A DNA stretch of 44,879 bases from Sanchytrium tribonematis. Its lineage: Eukaryota. Shown piece by piece: positions 31,399 through 42,603 of the stretch. Within the stretch, counting starts at the first letter, position 1, and every line of letters starts with the position of its first letter. The stretch lies in NCBI GenBank assembly GCA_018985235.1, contig JADGIG010000019.1, positions 1 to 44,879 on the forward strand, in the 5' to 3' direction. Under the pieces are notes generated by a model that worked only from the letters and a program-made list of their open reading frames with translations, was not told where the DNA came from and made no database searches. The translations under genes were made by a program, and so were the position numbers.

Positions 31399-33211
31399 TT
31401 ACAAGTGAATGCCAATTGAGGATTTTTCAATTTTTAATACATCACAAATTTGATTAATGTATTGTAAAAACTGCGACTTTTCGAGAAATTTGTCGGTATT
31501 CGTCACCTCCATCATTGAGTGTCCTTTATTGGACAATTCCATTAAAATAATAGCAGTAAAAATATCAATATAGTTAAGCTCATTCCTAAAGCAGATCTTT
31601 GCGTGAGCTTCAGAGAGTCTTAATAGACTTTCTACCATTCTGACCGTGGCTCTACCCTGAGAAACAAAATTGTGGTCAGCTCTTTTGTAAGAGTAATATT
31701 TCTTAAAAATCACAGCAAGTTTCTCTGAACACTTCGGATAGAATTGTGACTTGGAATAGCCAATAAATTCTCTTAAAGTACTTTCGTCAAAGCTGAAATT
31801 AGGTGACAAATCCAAGGTTTCTCGATTCAAAATAAAATCAGCCATTAAATTGTCTTGATTTTCATCAACTTCATTTTCCATAAAGAAAATTAAATCAAAA
31901 CGACTTATTAGAGAAGTGGCCATATTTAAATTTTCAGCAATATTCGAGATGTCTCTATTGTAATTCGGGTTACAAGCGGCAACTACTGAGCATCTTGTGT
32001 TTAATGTTGTTCGAATCCCGGCCTTGGTAACTGATAAAGTCTGCTGCTCCATAGCTTCATGGATGGAAATCTGATCGTCCTTCCTGATTGTTGAGAATTC
32101 ATCAATGCAGCAAACTCCTTTGTCTGCTAGTACCAATGCACCAGCTTCCAATGTCCATTGACCCCCTTCTTTGAGTGCAGTTGCAGTCAAGCCGGCTTTC
32201 GTGCTTCCGAGTCCTGTCGTTAAAACTGATCGAGGTATAATCCTGATAATTGACTGAAGAAAATGAGACTTCGCCGTTCCTGGATGTCCTACAAGAAGCA
32301 AATGTGGTTCTCCGCGAATTTTCTTGTTTTCGGTGTGCCTTGAGCAACCGCCAACTAAAGCCAACAACACGGCCAGTTTTATATGTTCTAGTCCTAATAT
32401 ATTGGGGCAAAAACTAGAAACTAAACGTCTTCTTTTATCGAAATCACTATTCACACTTGACCAAATATTGGCAACATCGTTATCAGATTCAATTCGCGTT
32501 TTCCACTTGTACGTTATTTGCGTATATATACCACTCAATATAGATTTTGTCAAAATTGTTTTTAAATCGCCGTCGCATATGCCCTGTTACCATAATTGAG
32601 TCACCTGGTTGACAGGAATCAATCAAATCATTTTGAAGAATCACTGTAATGGCTTTTGGAACCTTGTCTGTTATAATATGACTGTGCTCCTGTAATTTGA
32701 TTTCCTGGAAATCAATATATTCCAATGCTTTCTGTATTTTTTTGAATTTGTTATTTGTGCATAAGTCACCATCCCTCAAATTATTACATCGTTTTGGTAT
32801 GTCTGCCTGATTAAATAAATCTGGAGAAGCTTCCCTTTTAATTATATTTCTACACCTAGAGCACTCAAAATAATAGTATTTTTCAAGTGATTGTACTGAT
32901 CCACATCTAAGAACTGTTCCACTAAAACATATCCATCCAATGCAATAATTTATAGCAAAGCTATGGGTATATAATCTATTTAAATTCGTTATCCTTGCAT
33001 AAATTGTTTTAGGAAAGATAAAGTGCTTGTTTTGCTTCTCAAAGTCTTTCAACGGAAAAATGGCGGATAATTTAAATGTAGGTCCGTTTTCTTGAATATA
33101 CTTGGCTTTCTTTGGGTTATTATGAGCAATGTCTAAAAAATCTACATTGATACCATAGCATTTTTCAGTATTTCCTGACAGATAAATCTGTTTTAATTCT
33201 TCAAGATCCAT
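31399..33211 (-). CDS. MCM9: MCM9-like helicase (MCM8/9 family) split by a +1 frame break near 32489-32500
   Basis: The N-part has the Zn finger (CSRC...C...C), DFQEIKLQE and DLIDSCQPGD. The C-part has HLLLVGHPGTAKS, LEAGALVLADKGVCCIDEF, IHEAMEQQTLSV and SRFDL. No canonical 19-nt intron at the junction. Confidence 0.8.
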
Positions 33212-33237
33212 GGTTTTGTTACACTTGGAAAATTGGG

Positions 33238-34029
33238 ATGAAACCAAGCTATTGTGTAGCTTTTTTGAGGCAAAATCACAAAACAATACCTACAGTTGGC
33301 CGACTCTCAAATTTCTGGATCGACCAACAACCTTCTGGTAGTGTCAACTTAAAGCCGAACATCCCACAAACCCTAAATTTGACGAAGCAAAAAGTTGAAG
33401 GGGGAATATATTTTCCTGAACTTGATAAGTTTTCATTTGCAAATGGAGTCGATGTCAGTTGGAAATCTGCAAAAGTTCCGAATGAGACCTTGACAGAAAA
33501 AGTCAAAGTTTTAGTTGGAGATGAATTCAAAATCCAGAGCGATATCATTCAAATTGACAATCGATTTAACACCAAATTAGCAGTTTCAATAGCTATAAGT
33601 AGAAGTGTGCTATTGGATAGCCTAGAAAATTTATTTGAAACTTATTTAAGAGAAACCAAAAGCGTTGTGGAAGGTACAAAAAGTATATCTAGAAGTGAAA
33701 TCCAGAAGTTGATTGGCAAATTTATGCAATTAAGATATATGATTAATCTTAGTAACACACCCTATGCAGAATTGGCTGATTTCACTTGGAATGATTTAAG
33801 TTCTGAAAAAACAATGAAAGAAACTTTTCGATATTTTGATATTTACGCTCGAGTTTCATCAATGAATAGAAAATTGGATTACGCTAGTGAAATCGCAAGT
33901 CTTTTGAATTCGAAATTGACAGAAAAACATGGATTTCGTCTTGAATGGATTATTATCATCTTAATCGCATTAGAATTTGCACTTAGTTTAAGCCAAGAAT
34001 ATAGACATCACAAAGAGCGGACTAAATAA
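33238..34029 (+). CDS. RMND1/Rmd1/Sif2-family (DUF155) protein
   Basis: KLAVSIAISRSVLLDSLE, RVSSMNRKLDYASE and HGFRLEWIIIILIALE. Confidence 0.85.
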   Translation: MKPSYCVAFLRQNHKTIPTVGRLSNFWIDQQPSGSVNLKPNIPQTLNLTKQKVEGGIYFPELDKFSFANGVDVSWKSAKVPNETLTEKVKVLVGDEFKIQSDIIQIDNRFNTKLAVSIAISRSVLLDSLENLFETYLRETKSVVEGTKSISRSEIQKLIGKFMQLRYMINLSNTPYAELADFTWNDLSSEKTMKETFRYFDIYARVSSMNRKLDYASEIASLLNSKLTEKHGFRLEWIIIILIALEFALSLSQEYRHHKERTK

Positions 34030-34038
34030 AATGGGTAT

Positions 34039-37000
34039 TTATTGTAATACTAGCAATATTGCAATCCAAGAAAATGACATCAATGAGCCTGAATTGAGGT
34101 TGACTCCTGTTGGTAAAGATCCTTGACCGTTGAGATACAACGACTTGTATAACTCACTGTATGCACTAATTTCACTCTCGTTTAAAGCACGAGTGAATGA
34201 AGTTCCAACTGCGATTCCAGCTCCGGTAGCCTCTGCAGATTGAGAATTTAGGGTTCTGATATCCGAGCTTACACTAACATCAAATACAATTGGTGTTCTA
34301 ACTAACCTTCTGGAAGACATCATATCTCCTACAGACACGACTTCAACATCAGAGGAACTTGATTGTAAGTTGTTTAGGCTACTCTTAGAGTTTGAAGATG
34401 ATACTTGCGTTGGGAGTGATTTTGATGACACATAGCCAGAAATTGATCCGGTTTGAGAAGGTCTGTTAGAAAAACCAGACAACACACTATTTGTCGCATC
34501 CTTGCTTGCAGCTGAATGAATTGTGGTGAATTTTCCAGAATTTGTTGAAAAGCTTGATTTTGATGAAGAAAGAGAGCTTTTGTTTAAAACTGAGGCTGCT
34601 TTGTTTGCAGTAGCATGAGTAATTCCAGCTAAAGCCTCCAAATAAAGTGCAGTAGAATCAGCTTCATTTTGCAAATACAAAGCAGTTGACTCCAGTTGAT
34701 TCTGTAAGTAAACAGCAGTTGACTCGAGTTCGTTTTGAAGATACAACGCAGTACTTATCTCTTCATTCTGAAGATATACAGCGGTAGATTCAAGCTCATT
34801 TTGTAGATACACAGCCGTGCTTTCTAAATTTGCTTGCTCGATAATAGCTGTTATTTCTGCTTGAGCAGCACTCCAAACTCCCAAACTCTCGGTCAGAATT
34901 TGTTGTTCAACACTCCAGAATGCCAAACTTTCATCCAATAAAGCTGCTTGGTTCATGCTCCATACTCCTAAACTTTCATCCAAGATTTGTTGCTCAACAC
35001 TCCAAACTGCAAGGGAATCTTGTAACCAAGCCTCAGTGGACAAGTATTCATTAATCATAATTTCTTCAGTAATAGCAGCTTGGTCTAATAAATATTGATA
35101 AGTAGAGTCAGCTTCAGCTTGAAGATAGATATCTGTGCTTGCTTGCTCATTTTCTGACCAAGCAATCTCAGCAGCAGTATATTCAGCTTGAATTTGGCTC
35201 CAGCCTTCAAGACTGATTGTTAAAGCAGCTTGTGCATCCAAGTATTCAGCAGTAGATTGTGCTTCAGCTGCACTTACTTGTACTAAATAGTCCAAATGGT
35301 CTAAATATGATTGATAAATCTGTTCGGAATGAGCAGCGGACCAAGCTTCAAGTGAAGCAGTTAAGTCTTGTAAAGAAGCAGTTAATTCTGCTTGACTAGC
35401 TAAATATTCTTGTGTTGATGCTTCTTCATTTGCTGACCATCCTGCCAAAGACTCTTGTAAGGAAGCCGTCAATTCTGCCTGCTTTGCGAGATATTCTTGA
35501 GTGGATAGTTCTTCATTAGCAGACCAGACAATTAGTGATTCTTGGAGAGAAGCTGCTGCCTCAACCTGACTAGCCAAGTATTCTTGTGTTGAAGCTTCTT
35601 CATTTGCTGACCAGGCTACTAAAGATTCTTGAAGCGATGCAGTTGCTTCTGCTTGACTAGCTAAATATTCTTGTGTTGAAGCTTCTTCATTAGCTGACCA
35701 AGCAACTAAAGACTCCTGAAGTGATGCAGTAGCTTCGGCTTGACTAGCTAAATAATCTTGAGTTGACAAGTCCTCGTTAGCTGACCAATTGGCCAAAGAT
35801 TCTTGGAGTGATTGGTAAACCTCTTCAGAATGAGCTACGCTCCATTCATGCAAAGAAGCAGACGATTCAGCTTGATTTGCAAGATATTCTTGAGTAGAGG
35901 CATCTTCGTTAGCGCTCCAAACTGCAAGCGATTCTTGTAAACTTTGGTATAAAATATCGGCATTGTTTTGGCTCCAAGCAACGAGACTTTCAGTCAAAGC
36001 TTCTTGTACGGCCAAATAATCAGCAGTGGATTGCTCTTGAGCAGCCAAGTAATCTGCAGTAGATTGCTCTTCCACAGCACTCCAAACAGCTAAGGAATCT
36101 TGCAAACTTTGCAAATGATCCAAGTAATTTTGATAATTGAGCTCCGAATTGGCAGCACTCCACTCTTGTAAACTTTGAGTTATTTCTGCTTGAACCGCTG
36201 ACCATTCTGTCAATGAAGCAGCTAGCTCGTCAGCATGTACTGCACTCCACTCATCCAGACTTGCTTGTAAACTTTCGTATTGAGACTCGGACAAACTTAA
36301 GGAATGATCTAAACTACTATCATGAATGCTTTGAGAACGATCGTGTATACTTTGTGATATACTGATAGAATGGTCTTTGCTACTTTGAGTTAAGGAAGCA
36401 GCTTTGCTAGATTGAGTGTATTGGTAAGCTTTGATACTGGAAGTGACACTTGCAGCTTTGTCATTGATACTTTGAGTCAAAGAAGCTAATTTGCTAGAAT
36501 ATAAACTTAGACTAGATGTTATACTTGCGTCACGAGCACTTTGGCTTGCCGTAATGCTAGCAGCCTTATCACTAATACTTTGTGTCAATGATGCAAGTTT
36601 GCTAGAGTATAAACTTAAACTTGCTGTAATACTAGCATCTTTGGCACTTTGACTTGCTGTGACACTGGCGTCGTGTAGACTCTGACTAGTTGCCAATGAG
36701 GCTAGTTTACTAGAGTATAAGCTCAAACTTAAACTTTGGCTTGCTGTGACACTGGCATCATGAGCACTTTGACTTGCTGTAACGCTAGCATCGTGGACAC
36801 TTTGACTGGATGCCAATGAAGCAAGTTTGCTAGAGTATAGACTCATGCTTAAGCTCTGACTGGCACTTATAGAAGCAAGTTTACTTGAGTATAAGCTGAG
36901 GCTCAAACTTTGACTAGCTGTTACACTTGCATCATGTGCGCTGATACTTGCAGTCAAACTGGAAGCCAAACTTTGGGTTACGCTAATAGCCCAAAAATAT

Positions 37001-38112
37001 TGACTTGTAGACAAACTCGAGTAATGATCTAGTGATGAGCTGTAAACACTTGCGGCAGTACTTGCAGATCGTATTTGATCAATTCGGAATAGAGCAAATC
37101 CCTGACTTACTTTTGTTGACGTGACTGCGACGTGGAAATTACAGGTAGAAGTTGTTGAATCAAATTCAGCAACGTCACAACTCAAACTTTTCCAACAATT
37201 TGCCGCACATGTACTAATATCTTTAGCAATATCAACAGAAGAGCTGGAGGAAATTTTTACTGCGGTTTCCAATACAGGCTTGTAAAGCATTGGCGCATCT
37301 TTTACGGTAAAAAATTCATTGGTAAATTTTTTCGTGATGCTTATCGTGGATAATCCCGAGTCGTCGATACTTTGACAAGACAAAGTCAAATAGTCGTAAA
37401 ATACGTATTTGCAGTTATCTCTTCCTGCGTTCACACAACTCGTCAAACAATCATACAAACTTGAAGTTGTTATGGTTGATGTACCAGTAACGCTATACGC
37501 ATAATCGGATGTGGCATAATCCAAATTATCGAAGAATTTATGGACTATTGTAAAAACATCCACAGAAGCATCAACACTCTTAGTTTCGTCTAGTGCTCCA
37601 CCAGTCAACGTATATGCGAACTGAACTGCCAAAGATGAAATTGGAATGGCTAATTTTTGTTTTGCAGCAGATAAAACACCTGATTGATGGAAGGCATAGG
37701 TATAAGTTGTTCCCAATACGGTCTTGTAGTTGGCATTCGAAACAGAAGTAACTGCACCAGTCAATTGAACGTATGGTTGATGCAACCAACCACCTAGCAT
37801 TTCATAACGATCAATTCCAGCTGCAGTGGGAGCATTTGCACTAGCAAATTGCGTTTTTGCATACGAGGTGTATGCAGAGTCTGCTATTTTGTAAATACCA
37901 GTAGAGTACAACTCTGAATAAGCATAACAAATTTTAGATGCTGAATTATAAGAGTATCCCGCACAATTAGCATCTAAATCACAAACTCCAAGACATGCAG
38001 ATGCAGTAACCGTTGCTCCAGACTTTGAATAGAACTTGGCACCTTGGAAGTAAGCACCGTTTATGGTCACATATGTCGACGCAGATATCGTCGCGCCCAG
38101 GACCCATAACAT
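34039..38112 (-). CDS. Large secreted, probably GPI-anchored surface protein: three PAN/apple-like modules plus a long helical repeat stalk (1357 aa)
   Basis: Short signal MLWVLGATISA, three CxxxC..C..C modules, Ser/Ala-rich then Glu-rich repeats, Ser-rich linker, and hydrophobic end NSGSLMSFSWIAILLVLQ. Confidence 0.8.
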   Translation of the reverse strand: MLWVLGATISASTYVTINGAYFQGAKFYSKSGATVTASACLGVCDLDANCAGYSYNSASKICYAYSELYSTGIYKIADSAYTSYAKTQFASANAPTAAGIDRYEMLGGWLHQPYVQLTGAVTSVSNANYKTVLGTTYTYAFHQSGVLSAAKQKLAIPISSLAVQFAYTLTGGALDETKSVDASVDVFTIVHKFFDNLDYATSDYAYSVTGTSTITTSSLYDCLTSCVNAGRDNCKYVFYDYLTLSCQSIDDSGLSTISITKKFTNEFFTVKDAPMLYKPVLETAVKISSSSSVDIAKDISTCAANCWKSLSCDVAEFDSTTSTCNFHVAVTSTKVSQGFALFRIDQIRSASTAASVYSSSLDHYSSLSTSQYFWAISVTQSLASSLTASISAHDASVTASQSLSLSLYSSKLASISASQSLSMSLYSSKLASLASSQSVHDASVTASQSAHDASVTASQSLSLSLYSSKLASLATSQSLHDASVTASQSAKDASITASLSLYSSKLASLTQSISDKAASITASQSARDASITSSLSLYSSKLASLTQSINDKAASVTSSIKAYQYTQSSKAASLTQSSKDHSISISQSIHDRSQSIHDSSLDHSLSLSESQYESLQASLDEWSAVHADELAASLTEWSAVQAEITQSLQEWSAANSELNYQNYLDHLQSLQDSLAVWSAVEEQSTADYLAAQEQSTADYLAVQEALTESLVAWSQNNADILYQSLQESLAVWSANEDASTQEYLANQAESSASLHEWSVAHSEEVYQSLQESLANWSANEDLSTQDYLASQAEATASLQESLVAWSANEEASTQEYLASQAEATASLQESLVAWSANEEASTQEYLASQVEAAASLQESLIVWSANEELSTQEYLAKQAELTASLQESLAGWSANEEASTQEYLASQAELTASLQDLTASLEAWSAAHSEQIYQSYLDHLDYLVQVSAAEAQSTAEYLDAQAALTISLEGWSQIQAEYTAAEIAWSENEQASTDIYLQAEADSTYQYLLDQAAITEEIMINEYLSTEAWLQDSLAVWSVEQQILDESLGVWSMNQAALLDESLAFWSVEQQILTESLGVWSAAQAEITAIIEQANLESTAVYLQNELESTAVYLQNEEISTALYLQNELESTAVYLQNQLESTALYLQNEADSTALYLEALAGITHATANKAASVLNKSSLSSSKSSFSTNSGKFTTIHSAASKDATNSVLSGFSNRPSQTGSISGYVSSKSLPTQVSSSNSKSSLNNLQSSSSDVEVVSVGDMMSSRRLVRTPIVFDVSVSSDIRTLNSQSAEATGAGIAVGTSFTRALNESEISAYSELYKSLYLNGQGSLPTGVNLNSGSLMSFSWIAILLVLQ
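34627..34824 (-). repeat. About six copies of a 33-bp (11-aa) coding repeat, ESTAVYLQNEL
   Basis: Seen directly in the translation. Synonymous divergence between copies. Confidence 0.85.
35372..35810 (-). repeat. Five copies of an 87-bp (29-aa) coding repeat, LQESLVAWSANEEASTQEYLASQAEATAS
   Basis: The anchor gacca recurs at 35435, 35522, 35609, 35696 and 35783, an exact 87-nt period. Ends are approximate. Confidence 0.9.
36300..36970 (-). repeat. Ser-rich mosaic of 11-aa (HDASVTASQSL, SLSLYSSKLAS) and 7-aa units
   Basis: Seen directly in the translation. Ends are approximate. Confidence 0.8.
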
Positions 38113-38318
38113 TTGTGCCAAAAGATGGGCCCATCTATTTAAATGATGGAAAGCCACCAAGTGGCAAAATTAAGCGAATCATCTTTCTTAAAAATTGGAA
38201 TATTCTAAATGCTAGTGTTTTTAGTTTGCTTGAATGTCAATGTCAATAGTGACCATTTTGGAACAAGCTCTTTTTAATTTTTTCTGTTTTTTAAAATTCA
38301 AATGAAGACTTCCCCTAC

Positions 38319-38915
38319 ATGAGGCTTTCCGTTCCAGTTTTAGAAAATGCACTTACTTATCAAAACCCTTTAAAGGAAGATACTATCGATTTAGACAGAC
38401 TTGGTATAATTGATAGTAACATCAGCATAACAGACGATGTTTATCGATGCGTTAATCTTCAGCGAAATATTATGACAAAAATTATTGTACCATCTTTTGA
38501 GAGATTAACTACATTGTTACTAGCACACAACAAGCTTCAGAGTGTTCACATTAAAGCTCCAAATCTGAGGATTTTGTCTTTAAATAGCAACGCGTTTAGA
38601 GATATTGAAGAAATTATAATTGACAGTTTGAAACTTGAAAATTTGACGCTTTACGACACACCACTAGAAAGTATTAAGCAGTACAGGATATTGGTTTGTC
38701 GAAGATTTAGAAACTTAAGAGTATTAGATTATGAAAAAGTCAGGCTAGTTGAGAAACAAGATACTAGTGAAATTAATACCATACTGCAAAAAGTGGAACC
38801 CAAAGAAGATAAAATTTTATCTGGTTTAAAGAAGCAACTTGTTAACGCGAATACTATGGACGAAATTCAACAAATTGAAAAATTAATTTTATTGCATAAA
38901 CAGAATAAAGCTTAG
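38319..38915 (+). CDS. LEA1: U2 snRNP protein A' (Lea1/SNRPA1)
   Basis: MRLSVPVLENA...NPLKE...DL, LRRs (RLTTLLLAHNKL), LRRcap YRILV...LRVLDYEKV, and C-terminal NANTMDEIQQIE. Confidence 0.85.
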   Translation: MRLSVPVLENALTYQNPLKEDTIDLDRLGIIDSNISITDDVYRCVNLQRNIMTKIIVPSFERLTTLLLAHNKLQSVHIKAPNLRILSLNSNAFRDIEEIIIDSLKLENLTLYDTPLESIKQYRILVCRRFRNLRVLDYEKVRLVEKQDTSEINTILQKVEPKEDKILSGLKKQLVNANTMDEIQQIEKLILLHKQNKA

Positions 38916-41900
38916 CTATTTATATTTGTCATCCATTGCACTTTTATGATCTGGTTGAATTTGATTTCTCATTCCGAGTAATGTCTTTCCAATCAAATCT
39001 GAGATTCCCACCAGAGGTTTGATAATCACAATTGGTACGGCTTGACTTAAATTGCCCTGTTGATCAGCATATCTAATAGCAATAATGGATTCTGATAGAG
39101 ATTGCTGCAGCACTTTTAAACCACTAAATATGCCTTCTCCGACATTGCTTGGCTGATTGCTGTATTTCGATCTACTAATGGGTATACTTTCTCCATTTGT
39201 TATCATACTTTCCACGTATTTTAAGATTTCTTGAGTCTTTAAAACTGCTTTAGCCCCAAGATTGAGTGATTCACCAGCAGTGGTTTCGAGAAATGAGCCT
39301 AGTCCTTTTTGAATTCCCATTAAAACCCTTCCGTCTGTTTGATATTGCTTGACAGGCATCCACACCAAATCAACAAGGCCACTACCAATATTCGTGACAC
39401 TTCTAATAGGCGCAATACCTAGTGCGGCATTCATCAATTGTTTGTTAAGAGTTGGTAGAATTGACCTGGCAATGACATCACTAATTTGCTCAGGGGTGGC
39501 TTTTCCTACATGTCTGATTTTCGGCAATTCAATCTTAACATTCTCGAAACTAACTAGATTTATCATTTCGATGAAATTTCCAAACTTCAGTCTTTTTAAA
39601 TCAACACCTTTTGGTTTATAGTCTATAACAATAACAGTTGGTAAAATTTCAAATTTACCTAAATAAATATAAATTACCAAAGTATGGGACCTCATTGTCT
39701 TCAGAAGAATCAGATAGTGAGTCGTCATGAAAAGACAAATTCGAATATAAAATGGAAAAATTTAGCAAAAAATTGAGAGTATCTTGATCCAGATTGACTT
39801 TAATAGGCGCAATTTTGACTTCAAAAAAATATTCCTGGGGAAGCGAAGGACTACTTTTTCTTTTCAATTTCAGTTGAATAGAATTTCTGGAATAGCCTCG
39901 CTTTAGGGATGTGCAAAGTTTACCCCAAGTGGAACTTTCTAAGTGATCGACAATCTCGAATAATTCACATCCACAATTAATTTTGAAATCAGAGCTAAAT
40001 TTAGATTTGCTTAATTTAAAATAAGTCTTGAGAAGTTTAATCGACATTAAAGGGCTTAAGCTTCGTTTGGAAAAGGACTCATCGGAGGAAACGGATACAT
40101 CGAAATCAAACCCGTCATAAAGATCAACATTAACATTGACTTGAGTGAAGATACAGAAGGTAAACATTGAAGATTGAGACTTTAAAATCTGATTAAAATA
40201 ATCTGGAATGATTTCCAACGGTCCTGACTCTGCCAAAAAACAGGAAAATCCGTCGCTCATAATTGGGTTATCCAGAACATCCAACAAAACGTCCACTGGC
40301 GGTTTCTCAGGAATACTTCGTGTCGATTCGCATAAATTAGATAAATCTTCTTCCACGAATTCATTTTTACCAAAAGTTTTTGCCAATGCTTTAAAAAAAT
40401 CTGCTAATATCCTTAATGAATCGGGGCAAAAAGAAAAATTGATATTTGTGTCCGATGACTTGATCTTCAATCCCTCAAACGACTCATTTGGATAGACTTT
40501 AATATCCAGAGAATCCATGACGCCTATTTTAACCGATTTGGTTATATTAAAGTAGGATTCTAAATCTTTAAAAGTCAATTCATCAACGTGGGTCATCGAA
40601 GCAATGTGGTCTTCGATCCAAAATTCTATTTTACTACTAAAAATTTTGAAATTGTCATGCACAAATGACTCGAAGTAAACATCATCCAGTTGGCAGTGAA
40701 AAATCGTCGGGTTTTCAATTCCATCGACAGAAACAAGAGAGGATGTAATGTGAGCAGTGACGGATAAATTGGGTTTAATTTGTGAATTAGTGTCAACAGC
40801 GGGCAAGAGATCACGTAAATTCAGATCTATAAGACGTCCCTGGTGTATAAAAAATTGATTATCGCTAAGTTGAACATTGATTTTGGTTGGGTCATTTTGC
40901 ATAGAAAGTAAAAATCTATCTATATCAATATGATCAGTGAATGGACGAACGAATGTTTGCTCATCAGAATCAATAAAATTGATTGAATTTGCCAGACATT
41001 CCAACGAGACAAATTTTCCTATTTTGAGTCCGCAGCGCAAATTGTCTAATTCTATACGAAACCAATTTGTAACAAAACTTGAAGGCAATTCAAAATGAAA
41101 GTGAACCTTTGAAATAGTAAGGTTGATTTCTGCAATGTCTAAAGATTCTTTAGCGGCAAAAAAGACTGATTCATCTAGCGATTCTGCCTCAAGTTTCAGT
41201 TGATGCAAGTAAACCGCTAGATCATAAAGGTTCTGCAAATCGAATTTGTTTGTAGACAAGTAAACGTCTGGCAGGGAGATTTCGACAAGTGGAATTGTGT
41301 TATTAGTATGAAAATTAATCTTGCAATTTTCCTCCAATGCGCGAATATTCATTACACACCTTTCATTGTTTCCTCCAAAATATAATTGAATAGTATCCAA
41401 AATTATTTTTTGAGAATTGTATTCTACATTCTTAATCTCTAATCTAGAGCTAAATTCATTGAGTATCGTTTCAAAATTAATTGTGTTGATAGACATTAAA
41501 AAGTCACTATCTGTCTCATTCTTGCTACTATTCAAAGGCAGATTTGGCCATTTCCTTGGTGTAAAAATGAGGCTTTTGATAGCTTCGGACTGTAATAAAA
41601 CATCAATATCATCAATCAGAATTTTAGATTGCTTAATCCAAATTCCTGGTTCCCTTATTTTTGAATTTATTTGCCAAAGCTCATGAATGCTCTGCTTAAG
41701 CCTTTTGGGGGGCCTTTTACTTGTTATAGACGCAATTTTAGAAAGATCCAAATAAATTTCAGTTTTTTGAATCGCAACATCGTCAATACTACCCATTATA
41801 TCGAAAAAATCAAATTTTAGAGATGGGCGGAGCTCAGAAGGACTAAGATAATAAATTAAAGATATGTGGTCAATGTAAAACAATACTTCTAAAACTCTAT

Positions 41901-42603
41901 TGTTTGATTTGTTAGAATTGTGAAATTTGTCGTGAAATAAATAAAATAATTTGTGAATCTCCAATTTTGATGTAAATGCTTGAACAAGATTAGATTCTAT
42001 TTGAACCCTTTCTTTAAATACGGCCAGGCTTATTCGTTCACATTGAAGCATTTTTTCTGAATCGACAAAGATGTGGGACCCATTGATCTCTATGTTATAA
42101 ATTTCGTGAATCGTGGGAACAATCGAGATGCTTTCGGACTCGAATTTAATCTTGGTTGTATCAAAGTCAAAAATCAGATGTATGTTCTCAATGGAAAGAT
42201 AAATATGCTGCACAAGATATTCAATTTGATCTTGAAGTATGTCTAAATCAGAATCTTCCGGCAAAGATTCTTTAGGTTGAGGAGGTGCCGGTTTGAGAGT
42301 AAGCTCAACATTTTTTACCAAAATTTGCAAATCAACGCTATTAATTTCGTGATTTTGTAATCTGGAAACACTAATTTCTGTATCATAATGCGGTATAGAC
42401 AATGATTCTATAGTTCCGTCGCATATCCAGTTGCTAATGGGCATTTGAATTACCTCTATTGAATGCAAATATAGAAATCCTTCGTTTTTAGTCGAGTACT
42501 TACAAAATTTGCCCAAAGTTTTGCTTAAAAAATACTGTATGAGTTGCTTTTTCACTGCATCAATAATCTTTATATCGGAATGATCTGCTAGTAGAAAATT
42601 CAT
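38916..42603 (-). CDS. ATG2: Atg2-like lipid transfer protein, compact; exons 42603-39678 and 39658-38916 (1222 aa)
   Basis: N-terminal KKQLIQYFLSKTLGKF, DLYDGFDF, FEIVDHLESSTWGK, PIKVNLDQDTLNFL, IDYKPKGVD, GIAPIRSVTNIGSG, QPSNVGEG and GMRNQIQP...DKYK. Confidence 0.9.
39659..39677 (-). other. 19-nt GT-AG intron in ATG2 (gtaatttatatttatttag)
   Basis: Removal gives PYFGKFEILPTVIVIDYKPK, matching the Atg2 consensus. Confidence 0.92.

Noticed and set aside
32488..32506. Non-canonical 19-nt intron in MCM9 (gtggaaaacgcgaattgaa, GT-AA), or longer 76/85-nt GT-AG options
   Set aside because: The 19-mer lacks the AG end and T-8 and is too GC-rich. The longer options would delete conserved MCM9 sequence.
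10368..33211. Apparent DNA-repair gene cluster (Ten1-like, ATR, MLH3, PSO2, SIZ1, MCM9)
   Set aside because: The genes are interspersed with unrelated housekeeping genes, and the grouping cannot be distinguished from chance without synteny data.
34627..36970. Periodic DNA repeats as a CRISPR array, satellite or mobile element
   Set aside because: Periods are multiples of 3 with synonymous variation inside one ORF, and there are no spacers, terminal repeats or transposase.
38302..38322. Six-codon uORF whose TGA overlaps the U2A' ATG (ATGA)
   Set aside because: Easily arises by chance in AT-rich DNA and may lie upstream of the TSS.
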